Shown here: positions 1-10,137 of the stretch, one piece after another
How the letters are laid out: each line of letters opens with the position of its first letter
Position numbering within the stretch: position 1 is the stretch's first letter
Source: Octopus bimaculoides
Taxonomy: Eukaryota
Reading direction: 5' to 3'
Length of the DNA stretch: 39,236 bases
Assembly (NCBI RefSeq): GCF_001194135.2
Contig: NC_068984.1
Coordinates: forward strand, 79,923,358 to 79,962,593
Program-made: the position numbers and the translations under genes
Notes under the pieces: generated by a model
What the model was told of the DNA's origin: nothing
The model's input: the letters and a program-made list of their open reading frames with translations, nothing else
Database searches by the model: none

Positions 1-46
<46 letters not shown>
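1..46. repeat. (TA)n microsatellite
   Basis: Direct. Confidence 0.95.
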
Positions 47-47
<1 letters not shown>

Positions 48-301
48 CTCTTCTATTTTTTAATTATTATAATTCTTCCACTGAGGAGGAAGCCAGTTTC
101 CAACAAGGATACAAGGTTCCGTCTTTGAGATGTAGTTAACACAAACAAATTTCCATTTAGAACTTGAGAAATGTCTTGCATATTTTTACTGTTCCACTCT
201 CAGATTGCACTTGTAATGTACAAATTAGCCGGTCGATTTCTCTTCCTGAAAATTCCAGTTTATCTAGAATCTCCTTACATACACGTATGTATGTATATGT
301 G

Positions 302-345
302 TATCATCATCGTTTAACGTCCGCTTTCCATGCTAGCATGGGTTG
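302..345 (-). mobile_element. ~45-bp RTE-tail fragment
   Basis: atcatcatcgtttaacgtccgctttccatgctagcatgggttg is the reverse complement of the tail at 2293-2329; it sits in a (TATG) microsatellite. Confidence 0.8.
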
Positions 346-675
346 TATGTATTTATTTATGTATGTATGTATGTATGTATGTAGGCATATATGTATGTTT
401 ATATGTATGTGTGTGTGTGTGTGTGTGTGTGGTTATATCGTCTTAGTTTGACATTCTGAAATGGTTATAAAAAAAACAATAGTGCCACACAAGTGGTATC
501 CTTCATTTCCAGTCCTCCCTGAAAACAAGTCAAGCTACTGGGAAATATTACTTTGCTTACAACCAGGTGAGAGTTGGTAACAGGAAGGCCATAGAAAATA
601 TGCCTCAATGAAGTATGGAAAAGTGGGTATTAAACCAATGATGATGTTGACGATAATGAAAGGGACCAGTTTTTT

Positions 676-842
676 TTATTTATTTTTATTTTTATCAATC
701 CAGCTTGCTTGGAACAATGACAGTAAACCAAAGACATGGTAAAACAATGAGACAACGATAGCAATCTGTGTATCTGAAGAGTTTAGCGACGTCTGAAAGC
801 CAGAGATGTCTTTATTGACAACAACCCACATAACCAAGCAAC
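676..842 (-). CDS. Candidate terminal coding exon of an unidentified membrane protein
   Basis: Acceptor context ttccttctctaat...ttgcattacag|G; phase-1 reading (G)CLVMWVVVNKDISGFQTSLNSSDTQIAIVVSLFYHVFGLLSLFQASWIDKNKNK*; non-repetitive; no family recognised. Confidence 0.25.
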
Positions 843-1371
843 CTGTAATGCAATATATATCAATTAATATTAGAGAAGGAAGCATAAAAACTGATATGAA
901 TATTAAATAGCTTAACTTTGTCACCTTGTCAACTTCCATCTTCTTCTTCTTCTTCTCCTCCTTTCCTTTCTTCCTTCCTTTCATTCTTTTCTTTTCTTCT
1001 TGGCAAAGAAGCCACTATGTGGGTGTTTGATCTGCTAACAACAGCAACCAAATATTATTTAGACCACTTCCTGTAATTTTACATCATATCTAAGACTATA
1101 CTGGATTACATAGTACTTAATACAAAAAAAGGCTGGATGGTCATTGCTAGAACCACTTCGATCATATGTTTTACTTAACCAGGATTTACCTAGTGCTACA
1201 CAAAGTCCCATTTCTCTTCAACTTCCATTTCTCTTTCTTCTCACATTCCTTCTCTTTCCTCTTTCAGCTTATACTTCATATATTTTCTTCTTCCCTCTTT
1301 TCTACATTTTGTCTATTACCTTTTGCCTCATTGCTGTTGTTATTAATGTTATTGTTGCTGCTGCCCCTCTA

Positions 1372-1756
1372 GGAGTGGCTGTGTGGTAAGTTGCTTGCTT
1401 ACCAGCCACATGGTTCTGGGTTCAATCTCACTGCGTGGCACCTTGGGCAAGTGTCTTCTACTATAGCCTCGGGCTGACCAAAGCTTTGTAAGGGGACTTG
1501 CTAGATGGAAACTGAAAGAAGCCCATCGCATATGTGTGTGTGTGTGTGTGTGTGTTTTTGTCCCCCCCCCCCCCACCGTCACTTGACAACCAATGTTGGT
1601 GTGTTTACATCCCTGGAACTTTGTGGTTCAGCAAAAGAGACTGATAGAATAAGTACTAGGCTTACAAAGAATAAGTCCTGGGGTCGATTTCTTCAACTAA
1701 AGGTGGTGCTCCAGCGTGGCTGCAGTCAGCTGACTGAAACAAATAAAAGAATAAAA
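1372..1756 (+). mobile_element. tRNA-derived SINE family A (internal (TG)n)
   Basis: A box TGGCTGTGTGG, B box GGTTCAATCTC; body ggcaccttgggcaagtgtcttctactatagcc...gaaactgaaagaagccc; 3' gactgaaacaaataaaaga; many homologues in the window. Confidence 0.9.
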
Positions 1757-2070
1757 AATATATATATTTATATATACATATATTTTTTTACGTATATAAT
1801 TATAAGAATATAATTATAGTTAAAGGCTACTGGAAATGACCACCGCCAATGCTCGAAGTAGATGTCAAATACCCACAATTCACTCTAAAATTTGTTTTCT
1901 ATATTCAACCTTGGCGATGGTCACTTCAAGTTGCCCTCAACTATAATTATATTTTTTAAATTATATACATAAAAAAATTTGTTACCTATACGGTCATTTT
2001 TATGTGCTAGGCCACTGATTTAGCCATTTTTATGATTATATCCTTATCTTATAAGTATATATATATATAT

Positions 2071-2329
2071 CATTCGAGCGAGATGTGCGGGTAGCACGTA
2101 AAATACACCATTTTGAGCATGGCCGTTGCCAGTACCGCCTGACTGGCCTTCATGCCGGTGGCACGTAAAAGCACCCACTACACTCTTGGAGTGGTTGGTG
2201 TTAGGAAGGGCATCCTGCTGTAGAAACTCTGCCAAATCAGATTGAAGCCTGGTGTAGCCATCTGGTTTCACCAGTCCTCAGTCAAATCGTCCAACCCATG
2301 CTAGCATGGAAAGCGGACGTTAAACGACA
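2071..2329 (+). mobile_element. RTE-tail short element (truncated LINE or RTE-mobilised SINE), young subfamily
   Basis: ...gtggttggtgttaggaagggcatcc...ccaacccatgctagcatggaaagcggacgttaaacga; homologous to the LINE 3' end 6730-7103; CpGs retained. Confidence 0.85.
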
Positions 2330-2621
2330 NNNNNNNNNNNNNNNNNNNNNNNNNNNNNNNNNNNNNNNNNNNNNNNNNNNNNNNNNNNNNNNNNNNNNNN
2401 NNNNNNNNNNNNNNNNNNNNNNNNNNNNNNNNNNNNNNNNNNNNNNNNNNNNNNNNNNNNNNNNNNNNNNNNNNNNNNNNNNNNNNNNNNNNNNNNNNNN
2501 NNNNNNNNNNNNNNNNNNNNNNNNNNNNNNNNNNNNNNNNNNNNNNNNNNNNNNNNNNNNNNNNNNNNNNNNNNNNNNNNNNNNNNNNNNNNNNNNNNNN
2601 NNNNNNNNNNNNNNNNNNNNN
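2330..2621. other. Assembly gap (N run)
   Basis: 292 Ns; begins at the start of the (GAT)n-type tail of an RTE-tail element. Confidence 0.99.
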
Positions 2622-2873
2622 ATATATAATTATAATAATATTAGGGACAAAATCCAAAATTACAGGTAAAAAACTCAATTAAAATCAATTTATAAAAAAT
2701 TAAAATTAAATTGAGCCTTAGAGATAAAGTATATATAAAATATATAGTTTTAGGGAAAATAACCAATTTTCAAGAACTCATCGATGAAAATCCACTATCA
2801 CATATAGAAAAATTAATAATTAAAAGCACAATAAATGAGTATAATATAAAGTAAAGTAAATATCATAAGATAA

Positions 2874-2877
<4 letters not shown>

Positions 2878-2941
<64 letters not shown>

Positions 2942-3010
2942 CACACTCACACACACATACTGTATATATATGCGTGTGTGTGTGAATATACATTATATGT
3001 ATATATATTT
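2878..3010. repeat. Compound (TA)/(TG)/(CA) microsatellite
   Basis: Direct. Confidence 0.9.
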
Positions 3011-3060
3011 GTAAATAGTAAGGGATTACTCCAAACGTTTACTGGCTTGCTCTCAGTTAA

Positions 3061-3634
3061 GTATTCAAAATAGGTTATTCAACAGTTAATACATAAATCC
3101 AATAATGTTCTTATAAGATAAGAATTTAGAGATATATTCTGTTAGATACTTCTGAATATATTACCATAACCTTATAGGTTTCCTGGGGTATATAATATCA
3201 ACAATAATGATAATAATATTAATAAAGAACTAGAATCCTGTTATGTGAAAAATAAGTGTGAGACTAAAAATGTAATATATAAATGTAACGTTACATCTGA
3301 GGGTAATGAATACTTTATCACCGGTGGGACATCATTAATTTTTCAAGAGAAGACTGGCAAATCATTTGAGTTCATTTAGAGATAAACATAAAAGATTCCG
3401 AATAAGTCTTAGCAAATTAATCTAGTCTATTAAAGATAGTAACAAAGATTATACTATCAATTGGGAAGTAATTTGTACTGCAAAAGCATACAGTCCAAGA
3501 ACTAAAAAATGTGACCTATGTTTAAAAGAATTTCACTAGATTTTTACATCTAAGGTAATGTAATAGATTCTAGACAGGAACAAGCTTTGAGATGCTTGCA
3601 CATGAGGAAATTCCCATTTTCCCAGTATAAATGA
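3061..3634 (+). pseudogene. Decayed 3' ORF remnant of a Penelope-like retroelement (GIY-YIG endonuclease domain)
   Basis: Manual translation: VFKIGYSTVN (3061-3090); CYVKNKCETKNVIYKCNVTSEGNEYFITGGTSL (from 3239); after a frameshift FKRRLANHLSSFRDKHKRFRISLSKLI*SIKDSNKDYTINWEVICTAKAYSPRTKKCDLCLKE; then DSRQEQALRCLHMRKFPFSQYK* (TGA 3632-3634). Matches the recalled PLE endonuclease pattern (VIY...YxG...FKxRxxNHxSSF...I.W.I...C.LCLxE...CxHxRKF). Stops and frameshifts present; no RT motifs seen. Confidence 0.8.
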
Positions 3635-3782
3635 AGAATAAACATTTAAACAACGAAATAATGGACTCTAAATGATTATCCAATCAAAACTTGAAATGGA
3701 GAATTTAATGAACGACTCTTCATCATAAAATGCAGAGTAGATAAACAAAAAACTTTAAACACTTAAATCAGAAGATATTAAG

Positions 3783-3876
3783 TGCAGACCCTGAAGAAAC
3801 TGCACTGGTATTATAGTAGAGTTGCAATTGCAATGGTTACTGATCGGTGCAGTTGAAACATGTGTAGGTCTATGCA
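3783..3876 (+). ncRNA. Type I hammerhead ribozyme motif in the Penelope-like element 3' region (pLTR)
   Basis: Stem I agacc(3786-3790)/ggtct(3867-3871); core CTGAAGA 3791-3797; stem II aactgcac(3798-3805)/gtgcagtt(3847-3854); GAAAC 3855-3859; loop ATGT; GTA cleavage triplet 3864-3866. Confidence 0.85.
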
Positions 3877-4015
3877 AAGCTGTATATGTAAAAAGAATTA
3901 AAGGTAATGCTATGCAACTTAGTAATAATCCTTATTACTATTATTGTTGATTATATGTGTGTGTGTGTGTATGTGTGTATATATATATGTAAATATATAT
4001 GTGTGTGTGTGTGTG

Positions 4016-5920
4016 CTCAAAAGGGCAGCTAGGTGTCAGGTATACATAGCAAAAGGAGTAGCTGAAGTTAAGAGATTTGCAGATGTCCTACAATGTGAGG
4101 ATCAGAAGGATGAGGTGTTCAAGATTGCAAAGCAATGTCTCAGAGAAAATAGAGATGTGGTAGGTGAGAAATGCGTGCAAATGGATAATGGTATGCTTGT
4201 ACTTAGTGACTCAGAGAAGAAAGACACACGGAAGTGTCACTATGGAAGGTTACTAAATGTAGAAAATGAATGGGAGAAGGAGAGTCTACCAAATCTCGAA
4301 CCAATTCAGGGATGACTCATCAGAGTTGATAGCAGCATAATAGATAAGGCAATTAAGGACATGAAGACAGGGAAAGCCCCTGGGCCATCAAGAATCATTG
4401 AGAGATGATTAAAATTTCCAGTGACAATGGATACAGCTTAGTCACCTGCATAATTAATCAGGTTATTCAGGAAGGCATCATCCCCAATGACTGGTGTAGG
4501 AGCATTATAGTTAGCTGCTACAAGAGTAAAGGCAGTACATTAGATAGAAACAACTACAGAGGTATTAAACTGCTAGACCAAGTCATAAAAATTACTGAGA
4601 GGGTTATAACTCAATTGATTAGCAATAGAATTAAACTAGATGAGATGCAGTTTGGTTTTGTACCTGGGAAGAGTACCACAGATGCCATCTTCCTAGTGAG
4701 ACAGCTGCAGGAAAAGTAAGCCATTGTACTTAGCCTTCGACCTGGAGAAAGCTCTTATTGCTCTGTTATATGGTGGTCTCTAAGGAAGTTAGGAGTAGAG
4801 AAGTGGCTTGTTAGAGCTGTCCAAGTCATGTACAGTGGTGCTACCAGTAAGGTGAGTCAGCTATGGATACAGTAATGAATTTAGCTTTCAGGTAAGGGTT
4901 CACCAGGGCTCAGTTCTCAGCCCACTCTTATTCATTATAGTCCTCCAGGCCATAACTGAGGAATTCAAAACTGGGTGCCCGTGGGAACTACTATATGCTG
5001 ATGACCTTGCTCTTATTGCAGAATCTTTAGTAGTATTAAAGAAGAAACTCTAGGTATGGAATCAAAAACTGGAATCAAAGGGCTTTAAAGTTAACCTAGC
5101 AGAGACTTAAGATGTTGTTAGTAAAAAAGAAGATAATACTTTCTTTCCATCAGGTAAATGGCTCTGCTCCATATGTAGGAAAGGAGTTGGAAGAAATTCC
5201 ATTCGCTGCACCCAGTGTAAACTATGGACACATAAGAGGTGCAGTGGTATCACAGGTAGATTCACAGATAGAGTAACCTTTGTATGTGACAGATGTTCAG
5301 GGACAATAAGCTCTAAGAGCACACAGGAATTAGATTCTCTCAAATACCCTGGAAGCTCTCTTGAGGTTGTAGATAGTTTCTGTTACCTAGGTAACCAGAT
5401 GATCTGAAAGTATTGTTTCTAGAATAAGAATTGGGTGGAGGAAGTTCGGAGAGCTATTACCTCTGTTGGCAACAAAAGGACTGTCTCTTGGAGTGAAAGG
5501 TAGACTATTTGATGCTTGTATACGAATGGCTATACTCCATGGTAGTGAGACATGGGCTCTGAATGCAGAAGACATGCCTAGACTGGAAAGAAATGAAGGT
5601 AGTATATTCTGTTGGATGTGCAACATCAGAGCACATGTATGACAAATTGCAAATGTATTGAGAGAAAAGTTGGGCATAAGAGGAATCAAATGTAGCATGA
5701 AAGAGAGAACACTACATTGGTTTGGACATGTGATGCGTATGATTGAGGACAGCTGCATAAAGAAGTGCCAATCACTGACAGTGGATGGTCCCTGTGGAAG
5801 AGGGAGACCCAGGAAGACAGAGGATGAAGTGGTAAGGACCTAACTCAGGAAGTTGGGCATCACTGAGGAAACGACAATGGATTGACATGTCTGGCGATAT
5901 GAAATTTTTGAGAAGACCAG
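4016..5920 (+). pseudogene. Reverse transcriptase ORF remnant of the RTE LINE (frameshifts, stops), including a PHD-type finger at 5165-5296
   Basis: ORF-track pieces 3944-4315, 4405-4719 and 5658-5843 are consecutive fragments of one RT. CSICRKGVGRNSIRCTQCKLWTHKRCSGITGRFTDRVTFVCDRC has C4HC3 spacing. Confidence 0.9.
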
Positions 5921-7103
5921 CCCACATCAGCGAAAATGAGTTTTAGAAGTGGGTGTCCCACCTACAATTAACAAGAAAACTTCTGACACACTCTACCACA
6001 ACAAACCAGACTACATCTCAGCATCCCTTCTCTTCCTCACATTTCTGCTTCATGTACTATGATTACATCCCACTCCCCAATCCTGTCCGCTTGCCCCCAA
6101 CCTGGGTGCTCCACCTACAAATAACATGAAAGCTTTTCTCTTATCCTACCCCAACAAATCAATCTACATCTCTTCTCTTTCTCACATTTCCTTCTTCATA
6201 CACTATGCCTAGCTCTCACTCCCCAATTCTGTCCTCACATCCCTGCTTCCCTGTATCATTGCTATCCGGTAGCCCCTCCAACTCTATATATACCCGGGTC
6301 TTTCACGATTTACTCGCACTCTTTAATCACACTCCCTTTACAATATCCTGTCACTTATATTATGGCATTTGAACCTCAAGGGTATACCGTAGCACTTACC
6401 ACTATCTATATCTCTTTCTTTACTCAACCATCTCATTTATACTCTGATCCCTGTTCCTTGTGAGTATGCCCAGCATTTTGCCACCATCTCTATCTTGCTG
6501 TTTCCCATTCTCTCTCCTTCTCCTGTACTCCCCTCAGGTTAGGCAACTGTGTATTTTCTTTGCAGTAGCACACCTGTTTCTGTCTTCGTTCCTGATCTTT
6601 CTCTCTCTGGCCAGGTAACCTTGTACTTCCTCTTCAGTAAGACACTTATATCTGTCTCACTATAAAACCTTTTCATCATCCACTCCTCCAGTGCCTCCTC
6701 CCCCCTTAAAAGTTTTTTTTATGTCTTGCAAGTACTTAGTGACCCTGCCAGTGTAGATGCAACTTAAAAGCACCCAGTCCACACTGTAAAGTGGTTGGTG
6801 TTCGGAAGGGCATCCAGCTGTAAAAACCTTGCCAAAACTGACCTTGCCTGTGTTTGTGCCACGTAAAAAGCACTACTCACCTTGCCTGTGCTTGTGCTAC
6901 GTAAAAAGCACTCATTCCACTCTGCTGAGTGGTTGGTGTTAGGAAGGGCATCCAGCTGTAGAAATCCTGCCAAAAACAGGCACAGAAGTCTGGTGCAGGT
7001 TTCGTCCTGGCCGGCTCTTGTGGTACCATCCTACCCATGCTAGCATGGAAGACAGGCGTTAAACGATGACGACTACGACGACGACGATGATGATGATGAT
7101 GAT
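4016..7103 (+). mobile_element. 5'-truncated RTE-clade non-LTR retrotransposon with ~1.2 kb 3' UTR and (GAC/GAT)n tail
   Basis: RT motifs in a broken ORF: KAIKDMKTGKAPGPS, WCRSIIVSCYKSKG..NYRGIKLL, QFGFVPGKSTTDAIFLVRQLQEK, ELLYADDLALIA (YADD 4994-5005), LHWFGHVMRM, GRGRPRKT. Ends in CCATGCTAGCATGG...CGTTAAAC followed by (GAC/GAT)n at 7063-7103. Confidence 0.92.
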
Positions 7104-7438
7104 ATTGTGAATGTGTGTGTCAGCCCATTATTAGACCACTGAAGTACTTGGTCATTACATACTTAATATCTCCATTTAAAGCAAATGACATTTGCAGGTG
7201 TCATGAGAATTAATTTTTCAAGTTTATACAATTCTCATGTTTCTGTATGTCATCTAGTTATTGCTGCTGCTGTGGTTGTCATTGTAATTCCTGTTATTGA
7301 TGTTGCTGTTACTGTTGTTATTGCATTTTTGTTGCTGTTGCTATTGTTTTCTGTGTTGCTTTCATTATTGTGTTGTTGCTACTATTGTTAATGCTGATGT
7401 TGAGCCTCAGGTCTGCTGTGTATGAGTTGATTTATTAA

Positions 7439-7546
7439 CCTTTAGCACACTGCATTTTCTCTAGAATTGTTTCCCCTGCCACTGCCCTGTTATTTCAGGG
7501 GGAGAAACTAATACTGTTACATGATGCACCTACAGTGTGCTAAAGA
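7439..7546. mobile_element. 108-bp mini-MITE with 16-bp TIRs and TTAA flanks
   Basis: TTAA|cctttagcacactgca ... tacagtgtgctaaaga|TTAA; TIRs match at 14/16. Confidence 0.7.
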
Positions 7547-8049
7547 TTAAATACTCGGTGTGTGGCTATTATGGCTTTCTATGTGTATCTAGGACTATAT
7601 TGTAACCAATGTGCTCATAAAGAGAATTAAAAAAAACCAGCTGGATGCACTGTATAATAGCTACAGCCTTATTGCTAGTCAGCCACACCATTACATAGGC
7701 TTTACCTTAAACCTTTAAGATTCAGATAACTTTAATCAAATCTTATGCTTATTCTCCAGATTGTTAGTCTCCTTACTGATGGAGGTAAATATACAGTTTT
7801 GGTCATTTTAGTGGTGAAGGAAACTGAAACCAAAAAAAAAAGAAAAGACCCAGAGCAAGAAGAAAGAGTTGCCTCCTCTTATGGGTCATCTGCATTTGCA
7901 TAGGTTCTTCTATTCTCTGGTCCTCAAATAGGGAAGACCGTGCTTCCAAAACGAATTTTCTGTCATGCTGTGGGACTAAACCTGAAACCATAATTTTGAG
8001 AAGTGAATGTCTTAACCAACTATATAATATCTAATAGAAAAAGACAAGA

Positions 8050-8251
8050 ATCCTTTCTACTATAGGCACATGGCATGAAATTTGGTGGGGGAGGGGGATA
8101 ATTGATTACATTGACCCCAGAACTCAACTGGTACTTATTTTATCAACCCTGAAAGGAAAAGTGAAGCTCAGCGGAATTTGAACTCAGAACATGATGGATG
8201 AGATGCTGCTAAGCATTTTGCGTGGTGCATTAATGATTCTTCCAACTCACC
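8050..8251 (-). mobile_element. tRNA-derived SINE family C
   Basis: Minus strand has a B box (gagttcaaattcc) and the body cctttc...gataaaataagtaccagttgag; homologues at 9989-10137, 23040-23253, 25613-25815, 32247-32475 and 36470-36590. Confidence 0.8.
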
Positions 8252-9654
8252 ACCTAAATATAGAAGAAAGTATGACAAACTTTTGTGTAGTGGAAACTAC
8301 ACAATTCCACTCACAATGTGTTTGTGAAACCGAGGTCAAAAACCAGTTGTCCAATGTACCTTTCAGTGAAATTGAACCTAATCCATGCAGTTGCAAATCA
8401 AACATTTCCATTCTTGGGTGGTCAAGGGTCAGCTTCAAATATGACCCACTTAAAAACACTAAATGCCGATATAAAAATTCTGTGGACATATCATTAATTC
8501 TAAGATTCGTTCTAAAACTTAGTCTTTTTCTTCCTATAAAATATTGAAATTCTTTGTCAAACATGATTTTAATATTTGTATGAGTAGCTGCTTATTTTTT
8601 CTTTGTCTCTTTCATTATCTTTTAAGTCGTTTCTTTCTTTTTCTTGTTTGTTTTTTTTTTCCCTCGTTCATCTTTGACAAAATTATATGCCAGGAATAGT
8701 TACAGATGCTCTGAATTAGTGTTGAAACCAACTGTTTATTTTGAGAAATTATCTTCACTGTCTGATAAACATTGTTTTGTTGAATAAGAAAGACTAGCTC
8801 CCACTTAATAATTGGTTTATATTTTTGGTACTGCTAATAATTTGTTCACACACACATCATACACACATATGAATGATGTATCTACATATATATATATATG
8901 TGCGTGTGTGTGTGCATATAAACTATATGTGTCTGTATACGTATATGTGTGTGTATGGTCTCATGAGAGTCCATTCTTTGACAATTCCTCCCTGGTGGGT
9001 CATATATTATTCTAGATAAAAAAGCATCCAGATGTGATCACCCAATCAGAACAGCCTGTGACCCAGCAAAATAAATAAATAAATAAAGCCACAATGCTTT
9101 TGATATACACTTACCTTGTTTACCAATTTACTATTCATACAAAACCTGTGAATGATATAATAAAACACTTGAAAATTCTTCCTTTCTTCATCCAAAACAA
9201 TAGGTGTGTATGTGTGTTTGTGTTTATGAATGTGTATAGGAATATATTCTTGCACCATTTTCTTTCTCTTGCTACAACGTAATACAAAACACAATAGTAA
9301 ACCCTTTACTCTACTTTTGTTATTGAGCACTTTCTCAATTAATGTTATATGGCTTTAATATTCTTGAACATGTTCAAAACTTCTACATTACTGTGTGAGT
9401 GTGTGTTGGATGTGTGTATATAAGTTATGAATTTGTTAGTAAATGAGTGTATGTATGAGTATTTATGTATGTATGTGTGAGTGTGTGTGTGTGTGTGCAT
9501 ATATATATATATATATATATTTATTTATTTATTAAGGAAAAGCAGGTAGTCAGAATTTGGATAATTCTTTCATAGCATTAATAAAGAATTATCAAAAATT
9601 CTGTCTATATCCTTTCACTTAATATATAAAATCCTGTACACCACTTCAGACAAT

Positions 9655-9669
9655 CTCTTTCTCTCTTTC

Positions 9670-9704
<35 letters not shown>

Positions 9705-9772
9705 CTCTCTCTTTCTCTCTCTCCTCTCTCTTTCTCTCTCTCTTCCTCAGTGTGTGTGTGTGTGTGTGTGTT
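9655..9772. repeat. (CT)n + (TG)n microsatellite
   Basis: Direct. Confidence 0.9.
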
Positions 9773-9895
9773 TGACTACAAAAAGAATTATTCCGTTTGA
9801 GGACATGGACAGAATTATTAATTTGTAGGCATTCTTCAGTCCCAGGAATTGATTCCTTCCAAAGAGAGAGAGAGAGAGCAAAAGAAGATGAATCG

Positions 9896-9988
9896 NNNNN
9901 NNNNNNNNNNNNNNNNNNNNNNNNNNNNNNNNNNNNNNNNNNNNNNNNNNNNNNNNNNNNNNNNNNNNNNNNNNNNNNNNNNNNNNNN
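9896..9988. other. Assembly gap (N run)
   Basis: 93 Ns. Confidence 0.99.
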
Positions 9989-10137
9989 GCCCCCTAGTAC
10001 TGCACTAATTCTGTATTTATCGATCCCTAAAAGGATGAAAGGCACCGTTAACCTTGGCAGGATTTTTCTGCTAGTGCAGAGAGCTTGAATAAACACTGCA
10101 AGGTTTTCTGTCTGGCACCCTAACAAATCTGCCATCT
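9989..10137 (-). mobile_element. SINE family C (partial, abuts gap)
   Basis: tttatcgatccctaaaaggatgaaaggcaccgttaaccttggcaggattt. Confidence 0.7.

Noticed and set aside
1372-1445. tRNA-like A/B boxes in SINE heads
   Set aside because: No complete cloverleaf or acceptor stem, and each continues into a repeated SINE body; not tRNA genes.
2641-2646. TTAGGG near the Penelope-like element
   Set aside because: Single hexamer; no telomeric array.
7760-7784. 25-nt micro-exon candidate (ttctccag|...GAG|GTAAAT)
   Set aside because: Too short to evaluate; could not be joined in frame to other candidates.
8191-8564. Overlapping 118-aa and 105-aa ORFs on opposite strands
   Set aside because: Overlap SINE C and a decayed SINE A remnant; no motifs.
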